Shown here: piece by piece, positions 48,296 through 57,769 of the stretch
Layout of the letters: the number at the start of each line of letters is the position of its first letter
How positions within the stretch are numbered: the stretch's first letter is position 1
Assembly (NCBI GenBank): GCA_045127235.1
Contig: JBGVPY010000022.1
Coordinates: 102,889-166,888, forward strand
Direction of reading: 5' to 3'
DNA: 64,000 nt
From: Eubacteriales bacterium
Lineage (GTDB): Bacteria > Bacillota > Clostridia > Oscillospirales > CAG-272
Translations under genes and position numbers: made by a program
The notes under the pieces: generated by a model
What the model saw: the letters and a program-made list of their open reading frames with translations, nothing else
Database searches by the model: none
Told to the model about the DNA's origin: nothing

Positions 48296-49345
48296 ATGAA
48301 AAAGAAATTTGCAGTTATCGGATACGGCGGAATGGGCTCTTGGCACGTTAATCACGCTTTAAAGAGTGATGTGCTTGACCTTTGCGGTATTTGGGATATT
48401 GATATAAAGAAAAGAGATTTAGCAAGCAGCCGCGGCATATATGCATACGGCTCACTTGATGAATTATTAAATGATAAGAGCGTTGAGCTTATTACTATTG
48501 CTATTCCTAACGACGTGCATTTAGAGGTTGTTTTAGCATGTCTTAATGCAGGCAAGAACGTAATTTGCGAAAAGCCTGTTGCTCTTTCTTCATCTGATTT
48601 AAACGAGATGATTGAATGCGCAAACAAAAACGGAAAGCTATTCACAGTTCATCAAAACAGAAGATGGGATGTTGACTATTTAGCAATTCAAAAGGTTTGT
48701 GATAGCGGAGAGATTGGAAAGCCACTTCGCATTGAATCAAGAATTCATGGCTCTCGCGGTATCCCTTCTGACTGGAGAGGTACTAAGGCTCAAGGCGGTG
48801 GTATGATTCTTGACTGGGGTATTCACTTAATTGACCAGCTCATGCTTGTTTATAAGGATGACATAATTGATACTATCAACTGTACAATTACTAATATCAC
48901 TAACAAAGAAGTTGATGACGGCTTCTATCTTACAATCACATTTAAGAGTGGCGCTGTTGCTTTCGTTGAGGTTGGTACATACAACTTCATTGCTCTGCCT
49001 AGATTCTATATGAAGAGCGAGCATGGCACTATGATAATCGAGGATTGGCAAAAGAAGGGCAAAATCGCAAAGTGCAAGCATTGGCATGAGAGCGAGGTAA
49101 TTCCCGTGCAAACTGCGGCAGGTCTTACTAAAACTATGGCTCCAAGGGATAGCATAACAATGGACACGTATGAGGTTGACATTCCAAAAAGCGATGTTCA
49201 TGACTATTACCGCAACATTGTAAAAACTATTGATGGCGAAGCTACTCAATTAGTAACTCATGAGCAAATGCGCCTTGATATGAAAATTATGGAGCATGCA
49301 TTTAAGTCAGCAGAGTTAAATCAAACAGTTAAATTCGAATATTAG
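48296..49345 (+). CDS. Gfo/Idh/MocA-family NAD(P)-dependent oxidoreductase
   Basis: Rossmann N-terminus KFAVIGYGGMGSWH and the EKP motif VICEKPVAL. Confidence 0.8.
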   Translation: MKKKFAVIGYGGMGSWHVNHALKSDVLDLCGIWDIDIKKRDLASSRGIYAYGSLDELLNDKSVELITIAIPNDVHLEVVLACLNAGKNVICEKPVALSSSDLNEMIECANKNGKLFTVHQNRRWDVDYLAIQKVCDSGEIGKPLRIESRIHGSRGIPSDWRGTKAQGGGMILDWGIHLIDQLMLVYKDDIIDTINCTITNITNKEVDDGFYLTITFKSGAVAFVEVGTYNFIALPRFYMKSEHGTMIIEDWQKKGKIAKCKHWHESEVIPVQTAAGLTKTMAPRDSITMDTYEVDIPKSDVHDYYRNIVKTIDGEATQLVTHEQMRLDMKIMEHAFKSAELNQTVKFEY

Positions 49346-49346
49346 C

Positions 49347-49378
49347 AAAAAATCTTCCGTGAAAACGGAAGATTTTTT
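49347..49378. terminator. Bidirectional terminator between convergent genes
   Basis: AAAAAATCTTCCGT-gaaa-ACGGAAGATTTTTT. Confidence 0.85.
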
Positions 49379-49381
49379 ATT

Positions 49382-50137
49382 TCATTCTATTGTGTCCGGC
49401 ACAAAAATCTTATTTGGATCATTATATCGAATAGATGTTACTATTGAAATTTCCTGTATTTCAAGGATGTAAGATTTTTTACATTCGAGCGTTACATTTG
49501 TTAACCATGATTCATCATAGATATTTTTGCATTGCTCCGTATCAAGCATATTGATGAATTCTTTATTTCTTGCTTGATTTATTTCCTTAACATTTTGTCT
49601 GTAAAGATGCATGTTTTTCATACTCTCATACATTTCATATATTTCTTCCACCGAATTATATGATTCTATCATACTTTCAAATTCCTGCTCGCTATAAATA
49701 TCATCTGTTATTTGGCTGGCTTCCATAAATTGCTTTCCTGTTAAATCCTTGAAGGTCAATGGAACATCCTCATTTTCGTTTAAAATTTTTAAATTTCTTT
49801 CAAAAATAACTGTTCTATTGGTTGCTTGTGTTTTAATATAACCTTCACTTACATCGTATGGCGAGCCGTGATTTGGCGTTTTTAAATTTACTGTAATACT
49901 TATGTAGTCCTCGTCAGATATATTTTTAAGTTGATTTTTCAACTCATCGCTTACTTTTTCATTATATTCCTTCTCGCTTTGTTGTAAAGCATCTTCTATT
50001 TCTTTCTCGTTATTCGAAAGCAGCTCCGAGGATGTATTACTGTCGTTTATTTGTGAATTGTATTCGGTTTTGTCTGTACATGAGATTAAAAGTGTGAATA
50101 AAATTGCAAGTGCTAACAATAAAAGTATCTTTTTCAT
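49382..50137 (-). CDS. Hypothetical lipoprotein
   Basis: 251 aa, signal peptide with lipobox LISC, E/N/S-rich. No family recognised. Confidence 0.65.
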   Translation of the reverse strand: MKKILLLLALAILFTLLISCTDKTEYNSQINDSNTSSELLSNNEKEIEDALQQSEKEYNEKVSDELKNQLKNISDEDYISITVNLKTPNHGSPYDVSEGYIKTQATNRTVIFERNLKILNENEDVPLTFKDLTGKQFMEASQITDDIYSEQEFESMIESYNSVEEIYEMYESMKNMHLYRQNVKEINQARNKEFINMLDTEQCKNIYDESWLTNVTLECKKSYILEIQEISIVTSIRYNDPNKIFVPDTIE

Positions 50138-50232
50138 AATAATCCTCCTTTATAATATTATCTTTCTGTTTTTATTATAGAGGAAAAATGTTAGAAATAT
50201 ATGAACGTTTCATGAATTTTTAATGAACTAAA

Positions 50233-50260
50233 AAATGCGTAGCCGATTAGCTACGCATTT
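50233..50260 (-). terminator. Hairpin terminator downstream of the discoidin-domain gene
   Basis: AAATGCGTAGC-cgatta-GCTACGCATTT. Confidence 0.65.
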
Positions 50261-50269
50261 ATTTTAGAA

Positions 50270-52180
50270 TTAGATCCAAGCTAAAACATTGATATCATAT
50301 TGCTTTGCAATTCTGAAATATTGAATTGGAGCAAGCTTATCAAGCTGAGTTGCACGAAGCATTGATGTGCTTGGAATTTCAAAGTATTGAATAGGTGAAA
50401 TCTTATCAAGGTAGTTTGAACGTGGAATTGGAGACTTCTTTGCAAAATCTTCAAGTACGTTTGGTGCTTTACCGCCGTTTGTTCTTTGACCAATTTGGTA
50501 TCCTAAGTATGCACCGTAGAAGAACTCGCTGCTGTAAACCTCAAGCTCCTTGATGTATGGGAATACCATACCGTTAGATTGGTAAACGATACGAACATCG
50601 TCTGTTAATACAGGAGCATCAAATTGAACTGATACTACGTACTCACGTTTGGTTTGGTCATAAGAAGTAACACCGGATTTAACTGTTATAAACTCGCCGT
50701 TTGCGTTCTTAACTTGAACATCAACTTCCATTACGTTTGTACCGGATACATCGCCTGTAACTGGGTCGTTAAAGTATAAAATAACTTTATCAACATTATA
50801 AGCTTCTTTTAGAATAACACCGCAATATGCGCCCTTTTCAAAGGTTTCAGCAAACCATGAGAAGTCTTCATTTCTTGCAATACCACCATCATTGATGTAG
50901 TCAACTGATGCGATATTAGCGTATGACATAACTGACGAAGCATATGCAGAACCATATATAGCAAGATTGCCGATAGCTGTTGATTGCTTTCTGTTTGCTG
51001 TCATGTAGTCTCTTAAGAATACGCACTTATTAGCATCTACGTAATCTTGTCTTTCTTCATCCCAAACCTTATATTCAGGATTGATTTCAGCACCCATTTC
51101 TGTAAGAAGCGCATTACCGCCTGTTACCTCTGTAAAGATAAACTTAACGCCAGAAATATTCTTAGGTGTATCAAATTCAGCAATTACTGTATCTTCCTGT
51201 GGGTCAAGTGTTGACGTTGCTTTAAGTCCTTGAACAAGGTTTTCCCAAACGCCATTAACTAACACTTGAACATCATATGTCATTTCAACACCGTCTGCTG
51301 AGCCGCCGAAGTTAGCTGTGATGTTGTCGATATCATATGCTCTGTCAAACTCTGTCCATATAGACTGACCAGCACCCTTCTTACCAGCTTGCCAGTAAGG
51401 TCTTGGTGTTGTGGTTGTTGGAAGCTTGTTATCGTCGTTTGCAAGTGCAGGGTAAATATTTAAGAATGTGTTTGATGACGTTGCATCAGCCATGCCGCCA
51501 AGACATGCATTTGTTGAAAGAATAGCACCTGATGGTACGTCCCATGGTGGTGGTAATGATTCAACGCCCCAAGCTTGAACCTCGTGAACGATTGGAACTC
51601 TCCACCAGTCATGCCATGCTGAACCAGGAGCTTGTTCCTTATCCTTACCTTCGTTGCCAACGCTCCATCTACCCCATTCGGTAACTAATACACGAACCTC
51701 TCTTGTAACAACATCTTCAACATCAATTGTAACAACGCCTAACCATTCCTCACGGCCATGACCCGTTACTCTTACAGCATCTTGGTTGTATGCCTTGCCG
51801 ATATTTACCCATTCGCCAAGAACAAGAGCTTGGACTGTGTAGCAGATATTGTTGTCAGGTGTATCAATATCAACATAAATTTTCATTTCCTGAAGCAAAT
51901 AATACTGACCTGATGACTTAAGACCACAGTATTGATTTTGGTCATCAATAGCAGGGTTACGACCTACCGCATCAGGACGCCAGAATTGGTAAGAGCTTGA
52001 TAATACATCGTTGTTTATGTACTTTGGATCACTATCGTTGTTCCAGATAGATGTAGCATATGAGCCCATATCCAAAGCAAAGTTTCTGTACTCTGTGTTT
52101 AATTCCTTAGCACCTGCAAAAACTGCAAGACATGGAACCAACATAAGTACGATTAGAATAAGAGATAATATTCTTTTCAT
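50270..52180 (-). CDS. Secreted protein with about three discoidin (F5/8 type C, CBM32-like) domains and a repeated C-terminal motif
   Basis: Signal peptide MKRILSLILIVLMLVPCLAVFAGA. Recurrent discoidin-like starts (NFALDMGSYATSIWNN..., AILSTNACLGGMADATSS..., NLAIYGSAYASSVMSY...). The C-terminus has LDKISPIQYF...LDKLAPIQYF. Confidence 0.55.
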   Translation of the reverse strand: MKRILSLILIVLMLVPCLAVFAGAKELNTEYRNFALDMGSYATSIWNNDSDPKYINNDVLSSSYQFWRPDAVGRNPAIDDQNQYCGLKSSGQYYLLQEMKIYVDIDTPDNNICYTVQALVLGEWVNIGKAYNQDAVRVTGHGREEWLGVVTIDVEDVVTREVRVLVTEWGRWSVGNEGKDKEQAPGSAWHDWWRVPIVHEVQAWGVESLPPPWDVPSGAILSTNACLGGMADATSSNTFLNIYPALANDDNKLPTTTTPRPYWQAGKKGAGQSIWTEFDRAYDIDNITANFGGSADGVEMTYDVQVLVNGVWENLVQGLKATSTLDPQEDTVIAEFDTPKNISGVKFIFTEVTGGNALLTEMGAEINPEYKVWDEERQDYVDANKCVFLRDYMTANRKQSTAIGNLAIYGSAYASSVMSYANIASVDYINDGGIARNEDFSWFAETFEKGAYCGVILKEAYNVDKVILYFNDPVTGDVSGTNVMEVDVQVKNANGEFITVKSGVTSYDQTKREYVVSVQFDAPVLTDDVRIVYQSNGMVFPYIKELEVYSSEFFYGAYLGYQIGQRTNGGKAPNVLEDFAKKSPIPRSNYLDKISPIQYFEIPSTSMLRATQLDKLAPIQYFRIAKQYDINVLAWI

Positions 52181-52303
52181 TTTGTTCTCCTCACGGTTAA
52201 TTATTATTCTCTACTGTGTATTTTAACATAAAATATATATAAATGCAAGTATTTTTTGTAAACTTTTATTCATAATACAGTATATTTTTTATTTAAATGT
52301 ATA

Positions 52304-52360
52304 TAATATAAACAAAGGACCGTTATTGGCTTTAGCGCTGACCCCGTGGGGCGCTTTTGC
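52304..52360 (-). terminator. Long three-tier GC-rich hairpin terminator downstream of ribF
   Basis: AAAGGACC...GGC...AGCGC..CCC-n-GGG..GCGCT...GCC...GGTCCTTT. The minus strand continues GTTTATATT. Confidence 0.6.
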
Positions 52361-52374
52361 CAGGTCCTTTTTCT

Positions 52375-53292
52375 TTATTTAAAGTAAGCTTTTGCTTCCT
52401 CAATATCTTTTTGGATTTGCAATTTAAGCTCCTCAAGAGACGCAAATTTCACTTCATCTCTAAGTCTTTTGTAGAAATTCACACGAATGAAAGAGCCATA
52501 TAGATTGCCGTTATAATCTATTATGTAGGTTTCGATGTTTTCTACGTCTGTATTTTCAACAGTTGGTCGCAGCCCTACGTTAGTAATTGACGGATAAATG
52601 TCCTCGCCAATTTCGCACTCAGTTATATATACACCTTTTTTAGGAGTTATTTTTTCGTTTGGAATTTGTTGGTTTATTGTTGGAACGCCGATTGTTCTGC
52701 CTAATTTTTTACCCTCAATTACCTTAGCGTAAATTGAATAAGGAGCGCAATATTCAAGAATATCCTCCACATTGCCATCATTAATTTTTTTGCGAATAAG
52801 AGTTGAGCTTACGTCCTCGTTATTTACGCTTACCCTTTGGCAAATATCTACACATTCCCCACTGTTTTTGAAAAACCCTTTTAAATCCTCACCAGTGTAT
52901 TTTGCATTTTTACCGAAGCGATAATTATATCCACAGGACACACATTTTGCTTTCAGCTGAGATTTCAAAACGCTTTCAACAAAGATATCTCCTTCAATAT
53001 TCTTGACAGAATCAAAGCTATCAATAGCAATATAGTCAATACCGCTTTTGCGAATGAATTTGATTTTTTCTTCAATGGTCAGAATAGCTTTTATTTGGTT
53101 ATTGCTTTTTGATTTTGGAATCTCATCAAAGGTATAGACAAGTGATTTTATTTTAAGTGTTTTCGCTTTTTGGAAGGCATATCTGATAACGGACATATGA
53201 CCTAAATGGCATCCATCAAAGGTTCCGAGAGCTACTGCTGTTTCACTGTTTATTTCACATTCCTGCATTGTTTTTAAATCATATATTTTCAT
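52375..53292 (-). CDS. ribF: Bifunctional riboflavin kinase / FAD synthetase
   Basis: LGTFDGCHLGHMSV (GxFDGxHxGH nucleotidyltransferase motif) and a C-terminal riboflavin kinase block (GRTIGVPTINQ...). Confidence 0.9.
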   Translation of the reverse strand: MKIYDLKTMQECEINSETAVALGTFDGCHLGHMSVIRYAFQKAKTLKIKSLVYTFDEIPKSKSNNQIKAILTIEEKIKFIRKSGIDYIAIDSFDSVKNIEGDIFVESVLKSQLKAKCVSCGYNYRFGKNAKYTGEDLKGFFKNSGECVDICQRVSVNNEDVSSTLIRKKINDGNVEDILEYCAPYSIYAKVIEGKKLGRTIGVPTINQQIPNEKITPKKGVYITECEIGEDIYPSITNVGLRPTVENTDVENIETYIIDYNGNLYGSFIRVNFYKRLRDEVKFASLEELKLQIQKDIEEAKAYFK

Positions 53293-53433
53293 TTTCTGCC
53301 TCCTTTCGTTAGTATATTATACAGTATAGTATTCCTTTTATCAATCTTTTTTGAAAAAATTTAAAAAAATTCAACAAAAGTTGATAATTTAGTGCTATTA
53401 TATAGTTGTGTATTCTATTTTTAGGAGAATTTT

Positions 53434-54723
53434 ATGAAATTACTTTGGCTTGGTCAGAGTGGTCTTTTATTTGATTTTAACGGATTAAAAATCATGATTG
53501 ACCCATATCTAACTGATTCGTTATCAAAGCTTGATAGCGAATTTACAAGAAAAACAAAAATTAACAGAAAGCTTTTTAGAGCTAAGCCTGATATTATAAT
53601 TTTAACTAACTGTCATTTAGACCATGCAGACAATGCTTCTATTGAAAAGCTCCTCAAACACATGAGCAGAAAGAAAAGAGCGACTGTTCTTTCTTGCGAA
53701 TCCGTTTATGATGAAATCACAACTGCTCCATCAATGGCTCATGCCAATCACATTATGTTTGAAAAGTATTCCGAGTGGACTGTTGGCAACGTTAACATAC
53801 AGGCTGTTCCTGCAAAAACCGATGATAAGACAGCTTTCGGCGTAGTTATTACTGATTTTACAAACAGCAAGAAATATTACATTGCCGGAGACACTCTTTA
53901 TAGCAAGATAGTTATTGATAATTTACCAAGCGATATATATGCTGCATTTTTACCTATCAATGGCGAATTTGGTAGCATGAATGTTACTGATGCAAAAAGG
54001 TTTGCTGAGAAAATTCAAGCTCGTTTTTGTGTCCCTGTTCATTTTGGTATGTTTGATAAGATTAAGCCATCTACCTTTGATGTTTCTAACGCTATAATTC
54101 CAAAGCCCTATAAGATTATCAATTTTGATGACCATGAGACAAATGAGGCTGAGTTTGAAAATGAACGTGAGGAAAGCGATCAAGGCACACCCCAAGGCGG
54201 TGCTGTGAATATTGATACACACTCCCTTGAATATGATGAGCCTGAGGTATTAGAAAGCGAAATGGAAAATGAGGATTACAATTCTGCTTCAATGCCTATT
54301 CAAGAGGAAAGCGTTCAAAACGACATTAACGAAAACAGCGATATCATTGAGGATGTGTGCGAAATTGAAGCGAATTTAGAATCCGAATTCATTGATGAAG
54401 GCGAAAGCTTTTCTAAAAGTGAGAATACAAGTAGCGATGACACATCAGCCGAAAATGAAGTGAATTGCGATAATGAGCCTGCTTTTGAAAATGAAGTTGA
54501 AAGCCAAGAAAAAAGCGAAGCAGAGGAAGCTATTATTGAGGAAGCCTTTATTCAAAGCGAAGACTCCTATGGCGATTTCACAGCTGACAATTTTTCAGAA
54601 GCGAAATGCGACACGACAACTAGAAAAATGGATGATAGCGATAAAATTGATGCTTACATAAGAGAAATTGAAAAATTTGAGCGCGGAGAGACCACAGATT
54701 TTGCCGCTATTGATGACAATTAA
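53434..54723 (+). CDS. MBL-fold metallo-hydrolase (~235 aa) fused to a ~195-aa highly acidic low-complexity tail
   Basis: LWLGQSGLLFDFNGLKIMIDPY, LTNCHLDHAD (MBL metal motif) and VPVHFGMF. The C-terminal half is E/D/S/N-rich. Confidence 0.65.
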   Translation: MKLLWLGQSGLLFDFNGLKIMIDPYLTDSLSKLDSEFTRKTKINRKLFRAKPDIIILTNCHLDHADNASIEKLLKHMSRKKRATVLSCESVYDEITTAPSMAHANHIMFEKYSEWTVGNVNIQAVPAKTDDKTAFGVVITDFTNSKKYYIAGDTLYSKIVIDNLPSDIYAAFLPINGEFGSMNVTDAKRFAEKIQARFCVPVHFGMFDKIKPSTFDVSNAIIPKPYKIINFDDHETNEAEFENEREESDQGTPQGGAVNIDTHSLEYDEPEVLESEMENEDYNSASMPIQEESVQNDINENSDIIEDVCEIEANLESEFIDEGESFSKSENTSSDDTSAENEVNCDNEPAFENEVESQEKSEAEEAIIEEAFIQSEDSYGDFTADNFSEAKCDTTTRKMDDSDKIDAYIREIEKFERGETTDFAAIDDN

Positions 54724-54724
54724 T

Positions 54725-54755
54725 AAAAAGTGGCAGAGACTTCTCTGCCATTTTT
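54725..54755. terminator. Bidirectional terminator between convergent genes
   Basis: AAAAAGTGGCAGAG-actt-CTCTGCCATTTTT. Confidence 0.85.
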
Positions 54756-54756
54756 A

Positions 54757-56037
54757 TTATTCTGTTTTGCTTTCTCTTTTGCTTGGAATTTTGCTGATTA
54801 CTGTGAAAAGATAAATTAAGATTACTATTGTGAATATGAGAGATACTAAAGATAAAAGCTGTTGAGCTTGCATATTTATGCCGAAAAGCTTATTGCCGTT
54901 ATTTTGGATATATGCCACAAGTGGACTTAATGCAAGGGTGGTGAAAAATCCTGCAAAGCCTGAGAATGTATTAACAAGCGCTACTGCGCCTGTTTTTTGG
55001 TTATCCTCAACATAGTCATAGGCAAGATTTATTATTGCGCTATTGATACCTGCTTGACCTATGGCGTGGATAATATTATAAGCGGTAAAGAATATTTTTC
55101 CATTTGCAGGCACGGTAAAAATATTAATAGCGAATGCAATAGCTTCAATGCCGAAGCAGATATAAAGCATTTTGCAGAAGGAATGCTTGTCGGCAAATCT
55201 GCCAATAGGCTTTGAAAAAATTACTCTTGCTATGCTTGATACAATTACTATTAAAGAAGCGAATGTGGTTGTAAAGCCGAGTGCTCCTACCTGGTATGCT
55301 CCGCTAAATGAAACTGTGGCATAATTGGCAATATTCCATAATACGAATACAATAATAACCTTGAAAAGTGTTTTATTTTTAAGAAGTGCACCGATTGATT
55401 TTTTTACATCGATTTTTTCACTTACACTTGGCTTTTCCTTAGTAAACACCAGGGTAAGTGTGTGTAAGCCTAGTAAAACGAATAAGATTATACCGCCTAC
55501 GATAAATGCAATTTTGTTTTCCAGGTGGTCCATTAGAGCGCCAAGTCCATATGTAAAAAGCATACCGCCGATAAGGGAAACTATTTCCTTATTGGCTGTA
55601 AAGCCGCCACGTTTGCTATCATCAACAAGGGACATGCACCAATTGATTTTTGGGGCATTTATGGCGTTATGGATAATTTGGGCAAGAAATAATGTTGCTA
55701 TTAAAATTGCAGTTTTAGCTACTTTGGACACATCAAGAAGCGGGATAAAGTACATAAGTGCAAAAAGAGTTTGGCTTATTATGTGGCCCGTAGTTACCCA
55801 TCCCTTAACAGGTTTTTTATGTGCTAAAAACAATGCGATTATTTGAAAGCCGCAGCCACGAGATACAAATGCTGTGATAATGCCTGTTATAGCATCGGAT
55901 ATGCCTATGCTTTTTGTGAGCTTGGCAAGATAAACGCCACCTACTGCAATACAAACAAAATATTCAAGCGCGGCTTCAATTATATATAAAATACGGCTGA
56001 ATGCGTATTGATCTTTTTTAATTGATTCATTTTTCAC
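54757..56037 (-). CDS. MFS-type transporter (about 12 TM)
   Basis: 426 aa from the GTG at 56037, which lies 6 nt after RBS AGGAGA. About 12 hydrophobic helices. Substrate unknown. Confidence 0.65.
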   Translation of the reverse strand: MKNESIKKDQYAFSRILYIIEAALEYFVCIAVGGVYLAKLTKSIGISDAITGIITAFVSRGCGFQIIALFLAHKKPVKGWVTTGHIISQTLFALMYFIPLLDVSKVAKTAILIATLFLAQIIHNAINAPKINWCMSLVDDSKRGGFTANKEIVSLIGGMLFTYGLGALMDHLENKIAFIVGGIILFVLLGLHTLTLVFTKEKPSVSEKIDVKKSIGALLKNKTLFKVIIVFVLWNIANYATVSFSGAYQVGALGFTTTFASLIVIVSSIARVIFSKPIGRFADKHSFCKMLYICFGIEAIAFAINIFTVPANGKIFFTAYNIIHAIGQAGINSAIINLAYDYVEDNQKTGAVALVNTFSGFAGFFTTLALSPLVAYIQNNGNKLFGINMQAQQLLSLVSLIFTIVILIYLFTVISKIPSKRESKTE

Positions 56038-56168
56038 AGTTTTCTCCTGAATACATAAGAAATTTCGCATATATAATAGCACAATATTTTTTATTTTTCA
56101 ATTATATATTGAAATTTTTGTGGGAAAAATATATAATAGTTGTAGTGATATGAATTTGTGAGGGAAAT

Positions 56169-57110
56169 ATGGTATTTTTATACATAGCTATTGGTGTTGT
56201 TTTATTTATACTTATAGGCTCATTTTGCGGATATTTTATAGCATATTACTCTCCCTCAAAAAGAAAGGTGCAGTCTATTCCGCATTTAGACGGCAGCAAG
56301 CAAAGCGAGGATGGTAAAAAGCACATAAAGGAGCTGATTTCTTATGTAAATGCGATTAGCTATGAGGATGTTTATATAAAATCATATGATGGCACTTCCC
56401 TTTATGGCAGATATTATCACACTAAGGATGGTGCGCCTTTGCAGATTTTGTTCCACGGCTATCGCGGTAGCGGTATAAGAGATTTTTGCGGTGGGCTGAT
56501 GCTTGCTTTAAAATCGGGATTTAACGTTATTTTAATTGATGAGCGTTCACACGGAAAAAGTGATGGAAATACCATTACCTTTGGCATTAAGGAAAGGCTT
56601 GATGTATTAGCTTGGGTAGAATATGCAAATAGTCGCTTTGGCGACACTTGTCCCATTATTTTAACAGGAATTTCAATGGGTGGCGCTACTGTTTTAATGG
56701 CATCTGGCCTTGATTTACCTGAGAATGTGGTTGGAATAATTGCCGACTGTCCGTACTCCTCGCCAAAGGAAATTATAATGCATTTTTGCAAGAGCTTTAA
56801 GCTGCCTGCTAAATTGGTTTATCCCTTTGCTTATCTTGGAGCGTTAATTTACGGCAGATTTAATATTCATAAATCAAGCGCGTACCAATCGGTACAGAAT
56901 ACAAATATACCGATACTTATTATACACGGCGAGAATGATACGCTTGTGCCATGTGATATGTCAAGAAAAATCTTTGAGGCTTGTAAAAGTGAAAATAAGT
57001 TTTTACACACCTTTAAGGATGCGGAGCATGGAATGAGCTATATTGTTGATAATGAAAAATACGAGAGTGCGTATAATGAATTCGTTGCTCTGTGTTTAAA
57101 TAAAAAATGA
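56169..57110 (+). CDS. Membrane-anchored alpha/beta hydrolase
   Basis: N-terminal TM helix, nucleophile elbow GISMGG, and HGENDTLVP / AEHGMS (Asp/His region). Confidence 0.7.
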   Translation: MVFLYIAIGVVLFILIGSFCGYFIAYYSPSKRKVQSIPHLDGSKQSEDGKKHIKELISYVNAISYEDVYIKSYDGTSLYGRYYHTKDGAPLQILFHGYRGSGIRDFCGGLMLALKSGFNVILIDERSHGKSDGNTITFGIKERLDVLAWVEYANSRFGDTCPIILTGISMGGATVLMASGLDLPENVVGIIADCPYSSPKEIIMHFCKSFKLPAKLVYPFAYLGALIYGRFNIHKSSAYQSVQNTNIPILIIHGENDTLVPCDMSRKIFEACKSENKFLHTFKDAEHGMSYIVDNEKYESAYNEFVALCLNKK

Positions 57111-57128
57111 TAAAAGGAGAATTTTACT

Positions 57129-57665
57129 ATGGAACTCAAAGGCTCAAAGACAGAGAAAAATTTAATGGCTGCTTTTTCCGGCGAAAGCGAGGCAAGAAAC
57201 AAGTACACCTATTACGCTTCAAAGGCTAAGAAGGATGGCTATGTTCAAATTGCAAAGATTTTTGAGGAAACTGCGGCTAACGAAAAGGAGCATGCCAAGA
57301 TTTGGTTTAAGCTTTTAAAGGATGGTATTGGCGCAACTGATGTTAACTTAAAGGATGCGGCAGATGGCGAAAACTACGAATGGACAGAAATGTATCCTAC
57401 ATTTGCTAAGGAAGCAAGAGAGGAAGGCTTTGACCATATTGCTTACTTATTTGAGCAGGTTGCTAAGATTGAAAAGGAGCATGAGGAAAGATATAAAAAG
57501 CTTCTTGAAAACATTGAGGGCGGTCTTGTATTCTCAAGAGATAATGATTGCATTTGGCAATGTTCAAACTGCGGTCATATTGTAGTTGGTAAGAAGGCTC
57601 CTGAGGTTTGCCCTGTATGCGCACATCCACAGGCTTATTTCGAAATTAAGGCTGAAAACTATTAA
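57129..57665 (+). CDS. rbr: Rubrerythrin
   Basis: Ferritin-like diiron domain (GESEARNKY...EKEHAKIW...EKEHEERY) plus a C-terminal rubredoxin CSNCGH...CPVCAHP. Confidence 0.9.
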   Translation: MELKGSKTEKNLMAAFSGESEARNKYTYYASKAKKDGYVQIAKIFEETAANEKEHAKIWFKLLKDGIGATDVNLKDAADGENYEWTEMYPTFAKEAREEGFDHIAYLFEQVAKIEKEHEERYKKLLENIEGGLVFSRDNDCIWQCSNCGHIVVGKKAPEVCPVCAHPQAYFEIKAENY

Positions 57666-57683
57666 TATTGCTTAGTAAAATAT

Positions 57684-57709
57684 AAAACACGCCGCTTGGC
57701 GTGTTTTTT
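57684..57709 (+). terminator. Rho-independent terminator of rbr
   Basis: AAAACACGCC-gctt-GGCGTGTTTTTT. Confidence 0.85.
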
Positions 57710-57769
57710 ATTGACTTTTATATGATTTTAGTGTAGAATACTATATTATAAACAATAGGGGGGATAATA

